From a virus (taxonomy: Duplodnaviria; Caudoviricetes): a DNA stretch of 59,870 nucleotides. This document shows, in pieces, positions 37,710 through 47,663 of this stretch. A program made the translations under genes and the position numbers. The stretch's first letter is position 1. Every line of letters begins with the position of its first letter. The DNA lies in the IMG/VR virus record IMGVR_UViG_3300009050_000003, positions 1-59,870 of that record. One strand, given 5' to 3'. The notes beneath the pieces are model-generated. The model was not told where the DNA came from and searched no databases. It saw nothing but the letters and a program-made list of their open reading frames with translations.

Positions 37710-37959
37710 AGTCTGGAAAACATTTGAGATCGAAGAATTTAGAGGAGCTTACTTTGATGTCGAAGTATATGGCTATGTAACTACAGGGGGCTCAAACCGT
37801 TATGGATCAGATGAGCCAGAGTGGATAGAATGTGAAATTAAAGATATCTACAACCCTAGAACAAATAAACGAGTTTCAAAGCGTCTTTACAGTGCGCTAG
37901 AAAAACAGTTTGGTGACTGGTTTGAAGAAATGCTAATTGAGGAGTATCACTATGCTTAA
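37702..37959 (+). CDS. Hypothetical protein
   Basis: ORF with a GAGG RBS. Confidence 0.6.
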   Translation: MSEVWKTFEIEEFRGAYFDVEVYGYVTTGGSNRYGSDEPEWIECEIKDIYNPRTNKRVSKRLYSALEKQFGDWFEEMLIEEYHYA

Positions 37960-38137
37960 AGATCTTAAGAATGACTGGGAATTGCTAGACGACTACTACG
38001 AGGAACGTGCAGCTATACTGGAGTATGATGCAGGGTATTCCCGATATGAAGCTGAAAACTTAGCTGCACAAATGTACGGCTTTGATAACAAAGCTGACCT
38101 TAAAGCCCATATCCAAAAATTAAAAGCAGGAGCGTAA
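37952..38137 (+). CDS. Hypothetical protein
   Basis: GAGGAG RBS; YEERAAILEYDAG.SR.EAE motif. Confidence 0.65.
   Translation: MLKDLKNDWELLDDYYEERAAILEYDAGYSRYEAENLAAQMYGFDNKADLKAHIQKLKAGA
38092..38108 (+). promoter_or_regulatory. Variant phage promoter motif inside a gene end
   Basis: AGCTGACCTTAAAGCCC, identical to 29760-29776. Confidence 0.4.
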
Positions 38138-38138
38138 C

Positions 38139-38837
38139 ATGTTTTTCTACCACGTTTACAAAGACTTTGATGCAGAATTAGACTTTACTACGGATCAATT
38201 TCAAAAGGCTATTGATGCATGGGCTATCTACAAATCAGTAGGTCACTTTCCTTATATTCGTATTGAAGAAGATGGCAGAATGAGAGAAACTCTTAACTCT
38301 CAATATACAATAAAAGCTTGGGCAGACTCGCTCATTCTTAACTATAAAGGTAATGAAATGAACCGTGTAGAGAAACGTATTATCAAAGAAATAGCTGAAG
38401 AACAGGGCTACAACTTAGAAGAATACTGTGAGAAAGAAACAAACTTTAGAGACGAAATCCCTAACCTTATGGGTAAAGTCTTTGGGGGTTCTGAAGAATT
38501 ACATGAGAAAATCTTAAAGGAAATGGATGAACATCTAAAAGATATTGACTTTCATGGTGCTTTTGAAGAAATGTCTAAAGAAGAACAAGACCAAATCATC
38601 AATCCTAAACACTACAAGATGATCCCAAAAGAAGCTTACACTAAGTTTCCAGAGGGTCTTGAGTATATGGATTTGATGGAGTATATTTTAGCTCACCATA
38701 ACGGTGTTCAATCTCACCTTCTCGGACAAGTATTCAAGTATGCTTGTCGCTTGGGTAAGAAAGACGCTAAGCTTCAAGATGCCAAGAAAATCGCTTGGTA
38801 TGCAAACCGTCTAGTAGAGGTAATCGAGAATGAATGA
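38139..38837 (+). CDS. DUF3310 (SaV-like) domain protein
   Basis: C-terminal INPKHY...LGQVFKYACRLGKKD..LQDAKKIAWY. Confidence 0.75.
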   Translation: MFFYHVYKDFDAELDFTTDQFQKAIDAWAIYKSVGHFPYIRIEEDGRMRETLNSQYTIKAWADSLILNYKGNEMNRVEKRIIKEIAEEQGYNLEEYCEKETNFRDEIPNLMGKVFGGSEELHEKILKEMDEHLKDIDFHGAFEEMSKEEQDQIINPKHYKMIPKEAYTKFPEGLEYMDLMEYILAHHNGVQSHLLGQVFKYACRLGKKDAKLQDAKKIAWYANRLVEVIENE

Positions 38838-39105
38838 TAATCAGATAATCTACAATCTTAAGTACGCTATTACCACTATTGAAAGTGACTTAGAGGAGTG
38901 GGATCCTGCAGATAGTAATCACTATCTTGCTTATGGTCCTGAAATGAAAGAAGTTGTAGCGGATCTTTATGATCTGCTGCATCATTTTAAATTACATGCT
39001 AAGTTTGAAAAAGACATAGCAGAAGCCTACAATGACAAAGAAGGTAGAACACCTTATAAACTTGACGATGAATGGCCTGATTTTGTAGATGGAGATATCG
39101 TATGA
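38830..39105 (+). CDS. Hypothetical protein
   Basis: Coupled ORF with RBS. Confidence 0.6.
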   Translation: MNDNQIIYNLKYAITTIESDLEEWDPADSNHYLAYGPEMKEVVADLYDLLHHFKLHAKFEKDIAEAYNDKEGRTPYKLDDEWPDFVDGDIV

Positions 39106-39308
39106 TCGATGAAGAAGTCATGTTTAACGCAATGCAAGAAGCAGCTTTTAAAAATGCAGAACGTGATCTTCGTAATGCGTTGCATGCAGTTAAAACAGCT
39201 TTGCATTACCTTTATGAAACAGGTGACTACGAGTCTAGCCTGTTAGATGAACATGTAGCAATGCTGCAGGATATTGAAAGCGAGATGGAGAACCTGTTAG
39301 ATGCTTAA
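39102..39308 (+). CDS. Hypothetical protein
   Basis: ATGA overlap; GGAG RBS. Confidence 0.6.
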   Translation: MIDEEVMFNAMQEAAFKNAERDLRNALHAVKTALHYLYETGDYESSLLDEHVAMLQDIESEMENLLDA

Positions 39309-39468
39309 GAAGTTTGAACAATTATATATCAGACGTATGGCAAAAGCCTATCGTAATATACATGATGTATCAATTCGTCAAGCAATTCACAAAGCTTATG
39401 AGGCTTACGAAATATACCGTGAAGTAGAAGTGGAAATGATGGATGAAGAATATCGGCGCATTGGATGA
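39301..39468 (+). CDS. Small hypothetical protein (55 aa)
   Basis: Open frame MLKKFEQLYIRR... fills the gap between genes. Confidence 0.5.
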   Translation: MLKKFEQLYIRRMAKAYRNIHDVSIRQAIHKAYEAYEIYREVEVEMMDEEYRRIG

Positions 39469-39640
39469 TCTTGAATTTAATATTGAGGGTGGCAAATATG
39501 AAGAGCTAGCAAACGCTTTAGAGTACTGGGCAGAACTATTTTGGGAAAGGACTTTAGAGGACGCTTATGGAGATAATATCGCTTATCTTCTCTATAATAT
39601 GTCAAAAGAAATGAGGAAAGTTGATGAATCTAGTATTTGA
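39443..39640 (+). CDS. Hypothetical protein
   Basis: ORF track; start uncertain. Confidence 0.5.
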   Translation: MKNIGALDDLEFNIEGGKYEELANALEYWAELFWERTLEDAYGDNIAYLLYNMSKEMRKVDESSI

Positions 39641-41543
39641 TATCGAGGCTAACGGCCTTTTAAACGAAGTAACTAAGTTTCATTGCGCAGGTGCCATCGA
39701 TACTAGAACTGGAAAAGAGTACTGGTTTAAAAACAGCAGGGAGGACTTCGTGTCCTTCCTAAACTTGCTCTCAAAAGCAGACGTTGTTATTGCTCATAAT
39801 GCTTTTGGCTATGACATACCTGCATTAAGAAAGCTAGCAAGCCTGTACGGTATTGATTGGGATATCGACAATAGTAAGGTTAAGTGTACTAAAGTTATGT
39901 CTCAACTACAAAACTTTACTAGGTTTGGATTTGGGCATTCCTTGAAAAAGTGGGGTGAGTTCTTTAAAGATTATAAAGGAGACTACGAAGGCGGTTGGGA
40001 AGAGTTTAACGAAGACATGTTTAACTACATGAAACAAGACGTTAAGCTTGGTGTAAAAGTGTTTGAATATCTTACAAAAGAATTGAAAAGAATCATTCAA
40101 AATTCTAATGGTAAAAACCACATCTTGATGGCATTACGATCTGAAATGGAAATGGATCGTATTATGGTTAAGCAGTGTACTAATGGTTGGCCTTTTAATG
40201 TTGAAGCTGCTAGAGAACTAGCTGACAGTATTGAGAAACAACTAAAGGACATTGAGTCTTACATTAACCCTAAACTTGGCTGTGTAGCTAACTCACCTGA
40301 TGGCTCTGTAAAGAAAATTAAAGAGGCTATTCAAGAACTAAAAGATAAAGGAGAAACTTATGACAATAATGGACACGGATGGCCAACAGTTCCATCTAAA
40401 AAACCAGCTTTCAAAAAGTCTGGTAAATACTATAGTCACACTGAGTCTTGGTTTGGCGGCTTTGACCCCTCTTCTTATGATCTCTCTGATAAATCCAGCC
40501 TTCCTGTATGGGGGGAGTACACTAGGATTAGTCTTGATGCTGGCGATGTGGGTAATACTGACACTGTTAAGACTTATCTTTATTCTATCGGCTGGCAACC
40601 AGACGACTGGAACTGGAAAAAGGTTGAAGGCGAATTCGTCAGGGTATCGCCAAAACTCACAGACAGCTCACTACAGAAATTGGGGGATGTAGGCAAGGCT
40701 CTTACAGAGTATTACACTCTAAGATCTCGCTATTCTATCTTAAAAGGATGGTTTGAGTATATTGATAAAAACTCAAAATTGCACGGTGATGTTTTCAATA
40801 TCGGTACTCCAACTTTTCGTCAAACTCACAAGATCATCGCTAACTTACCTAGCGGTAAGGCAGTGCTTGGTCCAGAGTTTCGAAAACTATTTATAACAAG
40901 AGAGGGTTATAAACTAGTGTCTGCTGATAGTGCAGCTTGTCAGCTTCGACTTCTAGCTCATTTTATGAAAGATCAAGACTTTACTAAAGAAGTTCTTGAA
41001 GGAGATATCCATCAGAAAAATGCGGATATTCTAGGTTGCAGCCGTGCTACAGCTAAACCTTTTATCTTTGCCTTTTTGTATGGTGCGGGTGGAAGGAAGT
41101 TAGGTTCAATTCTTAACGTTTCTGAAGCTGAAGGTAACAAGGCTAAGAAAAAGTTTATGGATGCTATCCCTAGCTTAAAGCGGTTGATTGATGATGTAAA
41201 GACTGCTGCTGAAGAAGAAGGAAAGATCTTTGGTTTAGACGGAAGACCTATTATGGTAGAGTCTTCTCACAAAGCTCTTAACTATCTTATTCAAGGTGCT
41301 GAAGCAGTAGTAATGAAGTACACAATCCTAATGATCGAAGAAGAACTTGAAAAGGCTGGACTAGATACATCTATCCTTTTGTTCTATCATGACGAGGTAA
41401 CTTATGAAGTAAGAGAAGACCAAGCTGAAGCTGCTCGTGAGATAATCATGCGCTGCTTTGAAGAAGCACCTAAGAAACTTGGTGTTAATATCATGACCTG
41501 TGGCGACTGTAAAATTGGAGATGACTACTATGAAGTCCACTAA
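39624..41543 (+). CDS. polA: DNA polymerase family A (T7 gp5-like)
   Basis: Exonuclease motifs FDIEANGL, HNAFGYD and YMKQDV. Polymerase motifs SADSAACQLRLLAH, RATAKPFIFAFLYGAG (Phe at the E. coli 762-equivalent position) and YHDE. Confidence 0.95.
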   Translation: MNLVFDIEANGLLNEVTKFHCAGAIDTRTGKEYWFKNSREDFVSFLNLLSKADVVIAHNAFGYDIPALRKLASLYGIDWDIDNSKVKCTKVMSQLQNFTRFGFGHSLKKWGEFFKDYKGDYEGGWEEFNEDMFNYMKQDVKLGVKVFEYLTKELKRIIQNSNGKNHILMALRSEMEMDRIMVKQCTNGWPFNVEAARELADSIEKQLKDIESYINPKLGCVANSPDGSVKKIKEAIQELKDKGETYDNNGHGWPTVPSKKPAFKKSGKYYSHTESWFGGFDPSSYDLSDKSSLPVWGEYTRISLDAGDVGNTDTVKTYLYSIGWQPDDWNWKKVEGEFVRVSPKLTDSSLQKLGDVGKALTEYYTLRSRYSILKGWFEYIDKNSKLHGDVFNIGTPTFRQTHKIIANLPSGKAVLGPEFRKLFITREGYKLVSADSAACQLRLLAHFMKDQDFTKEVLEGDIHQKNADILGCSRATAKPFIFAFLYGAGGRKLGSILNVSEAEGNKAKKKFMDAIPSLKRLIDDVKTAAEEEGKIFGLDGRPIMVESSHKALNYLIQGAEAVVMKYTILMIEEELEKAGLDTSILLFYHDEVTYEVREDQAEAAREIIMRCFEEAPKKLGVNIMTCGDCKIGDDYYEVH

Positions 41544-41685
41544 GAAAGATATTCGTGAAATGACAGAAGAAGAGCGTCAACGCTCTACGGAACGAGAACG
41601 TATCAACTCTAAACGTTGTGTTTCGTGTAACGGACCAGTAACTACAGAAGAAGATTGGTGTAGCTTTTGCTTGAATGAAGAGTGA
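41530..41685 (+). CDS. Small zinc-finger protein
   Basis: CVSC...CSFC. Confidence 0.55.
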   Translation: MKSTKKDIREMTEEERQRSTERERINSKRCVSCNGPVTTEEDWCSFCLNEE

Positions 41686-41715
41686 AGTCTAACAAAAATA
41701 AGAGGATAGATTGCT

Positions 41716-41943
41716 ATGAATGCACTAGACATAATTATGAGTGCTATGAAAACAAATGCAGGTTTTGAATTTCTAAATGAGATCATTATTGCTGCACTTG
41801 AAGATTCTCGTGACATTTGCATAGAAGAACGTGAACGCCTAGATAATCTTAAATATAAAGAGCCTCATCAAGAAGAAGATTGGGAATGTCTTGTTCAAGA
41901 TATTTACGCATTCAATCGTATAATTAAATACTATGGAGGTTAA
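41716..41943 (+). CDS. Hypothetical protein
   Basis: GAGGA RBS. Confidence 0.6.
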   Translation: MNALDIIMSAMKTNAGFEFLNEIIIAALEDSRDICIEERERLDNLKYKEPHQEEDWECLVQDIYAFNRIIKYYGG

Positions 41944-41944
41944 T

Positions 41945-42184
41945 ATGGCTAAAGGTTGGCACTATCAAGTTATGAGGCATACCGCTACTCATGGCGGTCA
42001 GGATTACTCTTACCTTGCTGTTCATGAATACTACCCATCTGAACTTTTTGGAGAAGGAGAAGAAGCGGGTTGGACAGAAGAACCTGTAACTGTTTCTGGT
42101 GACGATATTGACGATATTAAGTGGATGCTTAAAGCTATCCTGAATGATATCGACAAATACGGAGTAAAGGGTTATAATGAATGA
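41945..42184 (+). CDS. Hypothetical protein
   Basis: GGAGG RBS; WHYQVMRH...AVHEYY motif. Confidence 0.6.
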   Translation: MAKGWHYQVMRHTATHGGQDYSYLAVHEYYPSELFGEGEEAGWTEEPVTVSGDDIDDIKWMLKAILNDIDKYGVKGYNE

Positions 42185-42479
42185 AGATACTGTCCCCTAT
42201 CAGAGACGTCTCAGAATACGTCTTGCTGTTGCTGCTTATGCTTACGAATACAAGAACGACAGCATAATGTCTGATGCAGAGTTTGACAGGCTATCTTATC
42301 TTGTAGATACGAGTGTTTCTACAGGTAATAAGAAGCTTGATAACTTCTTTAAGAAAGAGTTTGAACCCGCCACAGGTATGTGGGTTCGAAAACATCCTGA
42401 CAAAAAAGGTCTAGAAAACCTTTATCAACGTTACTATAACAAAGAAGGAAAATGGTATGTCGGCAACAGTATCAAGTAA
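42177..42479 (+). CDS. Stand-alone NAD-dependent DNA ligase N-terminal (Ia)-like domain
   Basis: AAYAYEYKNDSIMSDAEFDRL resembles LigA Y.YY..D.P.ISDAEYD.L. Confidence 0.6.
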   Translation: MNEDTVPYQRRLRIRLAVAAYAYEYKNDSIMSDAEFDRLSYLVDTSVSTGNKKLDNFFKKEFEPATGMWVRKHPDKKGLENLYQRYYNKEGKWYVGNSIK

Positions 42480-42729
42480 AACAATCGTACAAAAAGAGTT
42501 TGATGTACTCTACAATGAAATCAAATTCAAAGGTATCGAGTTACCTGATGATATGAAGTACTTAATTTCTGAACTTGAAGAAATGCTACTTTATAAACTA
42601 CAACCTTATCTGAACCAACAAGAGTGGCAACAAGAAGTTGATGATGCATATGATAATGGATATGACTATGGTTATGAGGCTGGATATATGGAAGGCCGTG
42701 ATGAACAATTAGCTAACGAGGATGAATAA
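42457..42729 (+). CDS. Hypothetical protein with GYxxG repeats
   Basis: AYDNGYDYGYEAGYMEG. Confidence 0.6.
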   Translation: MSATVSSKTIVQKEFDVLYNEIKFKGIELPDDMKYLISELEEMLLYKLQPYLNQQEWQQEVDDAYDNGYDYGYEAGYMEGRDEQLANEDE

Positions 42730-42932
42730 TGTCCTATATATTTCGAGTAGTAACTGCGTTATCTGTATTGATTAATGTGATACTTGGCGGTCATATTGGT
42801 CAAACGTTCTCAGCAAGAAATTGGCAGTGGAAGAAAGAAAGAAGATTCAATCTAGTTAAATACCTAGATTTTTTTCTAGGAAAAAATCACTGCGCTGAAG
42901 CTTGGGTTTATTGGAAAACAAGGAAATGGTAA
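42729..42932 (+). CDS. Hypothetical protein
   Basis: SVLINVILGG...TFSARNW...HCAEAW. Confidence 0.65.
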   Translation: MSYIFRVVTALSVLINVILGGHIGQTFSARNWQWKKERRFNLVKYLDFFLGKNHCAEAWVYWKTRKW

Positions 42933-43187
42933 ATGTACACTGTTGAAATGGAAGACAAAGAAACTATTGTAACAACACTTGATGAAACAGGTAAATTCGA
43001 AGATGTAACCTTGTTTTTTGACGACAGCAGTGTTGTCTATATTAGGCAATTCAACGAGAAGAGGAATAAGTACGAGTTGATTGAAATGAGCTATCAACAG
43101 CTACTTGACCTTAAAGCTGCACTAGACTCTCCTGTTGGTGCATTCTATATTATTACTCATGATCTTAAAGAAAAAGGTGTGAAATAA
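42933..43187 (+). CDS. Hypothetical protein
   Basis: ORF with RBS. Confidence 0.65.
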   Translation: MYTVEMEDKETIVTTLDETGKFEDVTLFFDDSSVVYIRQFNEKRNKYELIEMSYQQLLDLKAALDSPVGAFYIITHDLKEKGVK

Positions 43188-43543
43188 TGGCAAGCTATAA
43201 TGAACTTCCTGAATACAAAGCTCCAGAAAGAACTTACAAAACAGCTGGTATGAAAACAGGTATTTATAACTCTGTTGCAATGCAATTTGTAGAGAAGGGA
43301 ACTACTGACGAAATCCTATTCACTGGCCTTGCAAGTGAAGTCGGGGAGGTTATGTCTGAACGTATGCGAGAGGTTCGAAAAGGAGAAGAACGTACAAAAG
43401 AAATCATGGATGAACTTTCTGATGTACTCTGGTTTGTTACCGTAATCGCTCAACAACGAGGATATAGCTTGAAAGACCTTATGCTACATAATGTTAACAA
43501 GCTGGAAGATCGTATGCTTAATGGAAAGAAGAACAGAAAATGA
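43187..43543 (+). CDS. MazG-like nucleotide pyrophosphohydrolase
   Basis: GLASEVGEV...DELSDVLWFV...NVNKLEDR. Confidence 0.8.
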   Translation: MASYNELPEYKAPERTYKTAGMKTGIYNSVAMQFVEKGTTDEILFTGLASEVGEVMSERMREVRKGEERTKEIMDELSDVLWFVTVIAQQRGYSLKDLMLHNVNKLEDRMLNGKKNRK

Positions 43544-43722
43544 TGTGTTATAAAGACAGAACATTTTGTGACTCAGACTGCACTCAGTCTAGTTGCTACC
43601 GTTTCTTTAGCTCAGAACAAAAAGAAGGTGCTAGACGTTGGTGGTCGCATGATCCCGATAATGCGCCTATTGCATTTTCAAATTTTAGCAAAACATGTGA
43701 AGCATATAAAGGAGAAGACTAA
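43540..43722 (+). CDS. Small Cys-rich protein
   Basis: CYKDRTFC..DC....CYRF. Confidence 0.6.
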   Translation: MMCYKDRTFCDSDCTQSSCYRFFSSEQKEGARRWWSHDPDNAPIAFSNFSKTCEAYKGED

Positions 43723-44201
43723 TGCCTAATTGGTGTATGAACAGCGTAACTATCGCAGGAACTAAAGAAAAGCTAGAGCTTCTAGTAGAAGCTTGTAAGA
43801 ATGATAAGCTTTTGGAAACATTAAATCCTATTGGAGAATGGGATTACGGCAAAGCTTGTGAAGCTTGGGGTACTAAGTGGGAAGTTCGAGAGGTTGACTG
43901 GGATATGGACTACGATAACCTTGAACTAACTCTTAACTTCGACAGTGCTTGGGGGCCACCCACAGTAGCGTATGCTGAAGGTGAACTTCTACACAATCTA
44001 GAAATCAGAGCAACCTATTTTGAACCTGGTATGATGTTTGTAGGTATGTACGAAGATCGTGAAGATCAGTCTTGGAGTATTGATTTTGAAGACGAAGACT
44101 GGAAAGACAATCTACCAGAAGAACTTATTTCGGATTGGGGATTGGATTACGAGTATGATAGTTGGAAAGAGTATCAAGAAGAAGATGAAATGAATGGATA
44201 A
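43722..44201 (+). CDS. DUF1281/Api92-like ferredoxin-fold protein
   Basis: MPNWCMN, WGTKWE, FDSAWGPP and YFEPGM motifs. Confidence 0.75.
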   Translation: MPNWCMNSVTIAGTKEKLELLVEACKNDKLLETLNPIGEWDYGKACEAWGTKWEVREVDWDMDYDNLELTLNFDSAWGPPTVAYAEGELLHNLEIRATYFEPGMMFVGMYEDREDQSWSIDFEDEDWKDNLPEELISDWGLDYEYDSWKEYQEEDEMNG

Positions 44202-44637
44202 ATGGGATAGGATGTATATGAGGATGGCTTTTATTGCTGCCTCAGAAAGTCATGCAAGGAAAAGAAAAGTTGGCGCAATAGCAGTAAAGGAAAACAATGT
44301 TATCGGAATCGGTATTAACGGCACTCCTTCTGGTTGGCATTCTAATAAGTGTGAAGATTTAGACAACAAGACGTATCCATACGTTCTTCATGCTGAAACG
44401 AATATGATCAGCAAAGTAGCAAAATCAAGTATCTCCAGTCTTGGGGCTACTTGTTACACAACAACAGCTCCTTGTTTAGATTGTGCAAAATCAATCTATC
44501 AAGCAGGGTTTTCTAAAGTAGTCTATCACACAAACTACAAGAACACTGAAGGTATCGATTTCCTGAGAATGATGAGTGTAGAAGTCATTGAAATAGATTA
44601 CGAAAAAATACCTGACCTTAAAGACCAAAACCCATAG
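44194..44637 (+). CDS. dCMP deaminase
   Basis: KVGAI, NGTPSG, HAETN and PCLDC motifs. Confidence 0.9.
   Translation: MDKWDRMYMRMAFIAASESHARKRKVGAIAVKENNVIGIGINGTPSGWHSNKCEDLDNKTYPYVLHAETNMISKVAKSSISSLGATCYTTTAPCLDCAKSIYQAGFSKVVYHTNYKNTEGIDFLRMMSVEVIEIDYEKIPDLKDQNP
44607..44624 (+). promoter_or_regulatory. Phage RNAP promoter-like repeat (middle class)
   Basis: AATACCTGACCTTAAAGA, upstream of the exonuclease gene. Confidence 0.75.
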
Positions 44638-44649
44638 AAAGGGGATTTT

Positions 44650-45384
44650 ATGACACTAGCAATTATTGATGGTGATGTTCTATTATACATGGCTATGTGG
44701 AATCAGCCCACGCTAGGTGAAGCTAAAACTAAGTTTAAAGATATCTTTGATAACATTCTTGAACACATGTTCACAGATGACTACGTTATGGCTTTTGGTG
44801 GCCCTAACAACTTTAGAGATGAATTGTATATTGATTACAAAAAATCTACATCTCGTTCTAAGTCAAGATCTACTAAACCTGAATGGTTTGATGATCTGAA
44901 GTCACATTGTGTAAATGACTATGAGGGTGCAATTCTTACTGACGGTTACGAAGCAGATGATCTTGTTCGTATCTGGTCAACAGAAGCAACAGAAGCAGGA
45001 ATTGACCATGTTGTTGTATCTGTAGATAAAGATCTAGATTGTATTGAAGGTAAACATCTAAACCCCCGTAGCATGGAATTTTATGAGGTAACTAAAGAAT
45101 ATGCAGAAAAACACTACTGGAAACAAATTCTCATGGGCGACTCTGTGGACAATATACCTGGAGTGGCTGGTATTGGCCCCAAAAAAGCTGATATCTTACT
45201 TGGTTATGGCACCGATCACAAAGAAATGAAAGCGGCAGTATGTAAAGCTTATCATGCAAGGTATCTTGAGGATGGTTACGACTACCTAGTAACAAATGGA
45301 CGATTAATCCATATTTGGCGTAAACTCGGAGATCACTTTAAAATTGATCGAAGTTTTTATGAGGAAGCTATTTCTAATGATTGA
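44650..45384 (+). CDS. 5'-3' exonuclease / RNase H (T7 gp6-like)
   Basis: IIDGDVL, NFR...YKK, EADD, SVDKDL and GDSVDNIPGVAGIGPKKA motifs. Confidence 0.9.
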   Translation: MTLAIIDGDVLLYMAMWNQPTLGEAKTKFKDIFDNILEHMFTDDYVMAFGGPNNFRDELYIDYKKSTSRSKSRSTKPEWFDDLKSHCVNDYEGAILTDGYEADDLVRIWSTEATEAGIDHVVVSVDKDLDCIEGKHLNPRSMEFYEVTKEYAEKHYWKQILMGDSVDNIPGVAGIGPKKADILLGYGTDHKEMKAAVCKAYHARYLEDGYDYLVTNGRLIHIWRKLGDHFKIDRSFYEEAISND

Positions 45385-45832
45385 AAACGGTCATTGGAAA
45401 TTTAGCAGTAGCTTTGACAGTGAAGAGTGGTTTGGATTTATATACTGTATTGAGAATACGGTAACTAGTCAATTTTACATTGGTAAGAAACAATTTCACC
45501 ATCATGGTAAAAAGAAGTCTAAGCACTATGGAAAAGAAATGGCGTGGCGGTCCTATGTAGGATCGTCCGTCCATCTCAAAGAGGATATCAAGAAGTACGG
45601 TAAAGATAAATTCAACTTTGAGATAATTGATCTGTACAAAACAAAAGGGGGTTTGTACTATGCAGAAGCTTATCTTCAAATGCTATCAGACTCTATGACA
45701 GAGTATTTATCTGATGGTAAAACACCTAGGTTCTACAATCGACAAATCGCTGCTATTCGGTTTGTCCCTAAAGAACAACCAACTAAGAAGACAAAGCTTT
45801 TCATTAACAAAGTAAGAAAGAAGTTTAAATGA
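45377..45832 (+). CDS. GIY-YIG (Seg-like) endonuclease domain protein
   Basis: FGFIYCIEN....FYIGKKQF, WRSYVGSS and FYNRQI motifs. Confidence 0.75.
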   Translation: MIENGHWKFSSSFDSEEWFGFIYCIENTVTSQFYIGKKQFHHHGKKKSKHYGKEMAWRSYVGSSVHLKEDIKKYGKDKFNFEIIDLYKTKGGLYYAEAYLQMLSDSMTEYLSDGKTPRFYNRQIAAIRFVPKEQPTKKTKLFINKVRKKFK

Positions 45833-46011
45833 GCGTACCACCTATTTCAATTGCACTCTGGATTACTAGTATCTTACTACTTGCCGCACAACTTATCTCA
45901 AGTTTGTTTGGCTTCTTTGTTATGGATCCTGTTATGAGCATTATTTTCTTTTTGCTTGCACAGGAAGTAGCTAAGATAATTGCATCATCAGAGGATGACT
46001 CAGGAGAGTAA
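45829..46011 (+). CDS. Small membrane protein
   Basis: Two hydrophobic segments. Confidence 0.55.
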   Translation: MSVPPISIALWITSILLLAAQLISSLFGFFVMDPVMSIIFFLLAQEVAKIIASSEDDSGE

Positions 46012-46013
46012 TA

Positions 46014-47663
46014 ATGAGCCGAATTGTTATGCGTAATCAGCCCTGTGAAAAATGCGGGAGTTCAGACGCTAAACAAGTTTATGAGGAGGGTAGTGCATAC
46101 TGCTTTTCTTGCAAATCACACTTTAAAGCCGAAGGGGTAACTATGAGTGTTCAACAAGAAGATAACAATAATTCATGGTTTGATCTTGAAGAAATTCTGG
46201 AATACCCGATTAAAGGGTTTAAAGAGAGAAATATCTATAGACAAGTAGCGGAGCATTACGGAGTACGTAGCTCTTATGATTACGAAGGTAATATTGATGC
46301 TCATTATTATCCTTCTGTAGATTCTTCTACTAATCAAATCACTGGTTATAAGATTAGGAAATTGCCTAAAACCTTCACTTCAACAGGTAAGATTCAAAAA
46401 ACTTTATTTGGTCTTCATTTGTATAATGGAGGCAAACGACTAGTTATCACTGAAGGTGAGCTAGACGCGATGGCTGTTCAAACAGCTTGGTATATCAAAT
46501 ACAAAGAGTTTTTTCCTGTAGTATCTCTTCGTTCAGCATCTTCTACTAGTGACCTAGTCGAGGTTCGAGATAAGATTCGTACCTTCGATGAAGTAGTGTT
46601 GTGGATGGATAATGACGAAGCAGGTCACAAAGCTCTTAAAGAAGCTGCTCGTATTATCGGTTATGATAAAATTAAAGTAGCTAAAACTTCAGAGAAAGAT
46701 GCTTGCGATACATGGATTAAAGATCCTGACAAAGTACTAAAAGCTATCTGGAATGCTACTACATACACTCCTGCTGGTATTTTGACTAAAGAGCAACTCT
46801 GGAGTCAACTAGAAAAATACAATGAAATGGAATCTGTTCCATATCCGCCTTTCATGACAGGACTGAATGAAAAGCTTAAGGGTATGCGACTAGGTGAAAT
46901 CACTTTGTGGACTTCTGGTACTGGTAGCGGTAAATCAACTCTGCTACGAGAAATCGCTTTACACCTTCTAGAAGATACTGATGATAAAATCGGTATTATT
47001 TCTCTTGAAGAAAGCCCTGCAGAAACAGCTCGTAAAATGGCAGGTATGGCTATGAAGCGAAACCCTGCAAATGAGGAGATACCTATTGAGGAGTTAAAAG
47101 ATGGCTTTGATGCTGTGTTTGGTAGCGATCGTGTCATGGTTCTGGATCATCAAGGTAGTATTTCAGACGGTTCTATCATGGACTTTCTTGAGTATATGTG
47201 CCTTAGCGGTTGCAAGTACCTTTTTGTTGATCACATTACCATTCTAGCCTCTGAAGGAACAGAGGGTCTAACGGGTAACGAAGCAATTGACAAGATCATG
47301 AATGACCTTTTGCGTCTTGTTAAGAAGCATAATGTTTGGATTGGTCTGATTAGTCACTTGCGTAAAACAGACAACAAAGGTAAGTCCTTTGAAGAAGGTA
47401 AGTTGCCTTCTATGGACGATATTCGAGGATCTGGTTCTATCAAACAAATCTCTATGGACATTATTGCTTTTGCTCGTAATGTCGGTTCAGGTAATATTGA
47501 AGAACGCAATACTATTAAAACCAAGGTTTTGAAGTGTCGGTACACAGGTCTTACAGGTCCATCTGGTAGCTTGTATTATGACTTTGATACAGGTCGCTTA
47601 TCAAAAGGAAACGAGTTTGAAGATCTATCAGAAGACAAATCGGGAAGGTTTATGTCAATATGA
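46014..47663 (+). CDS. Primase-helicase (T7 gp4-like)
   Basis: Zn finger CEKCGSSD...CFSC, TOPRIM ITEGELDA/DNDEAG, SGTGSGKST, VDHI, ISHLRK and DIRGSGSI motifs. Confidence 0.95.
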   Translation: MSRIVMRNQPCEKCGSSDAKQVYEEGSAYCFSCKSHFKAEGVTMSVQQEDNNNSWFDLEEILEYPIKGFKERNIYRQVAEHYGVRSSYDYEGNIDAHYYPSVDSSTNQITGYKIRKLPKTFTSTGKIQKTLFGLHLYNGGKRLVITEGELDAMAVQTAWYIKYKEFFPVVSLRSASSTSDLVEVRDKIRTFDEVVLWMDNDEAGHKALKEAARIIGYDKIKVAKTSEKDACDTWIKDPDKVLKAIWNATTYTPAGILTKEQLWSQLEKYNEMESVPYPPFMTGLNEKLKGMRLGEITLWTSGTGSGKSTLLREIALHLLEDTDDKIGIISLEESPAETARKMAGMAMKRNPANEEIPIEELKDGFDAVFGSDRVMVLDHQGSISDGSIMDFLEYMCLSGCKYLFVDHITILASEGTEGLTGNEAIDKIMNDLLRLVKKHNVWIGLISHLRKTDNKGKSFEEGKLPSMDDIRGSGSIKQISMDIIAFARNVGSGNIEERNTIKTKVLKCRYTGLTGPSGSLYYDFDTGRLSKGNEFEDLSEDKSGRFMSI

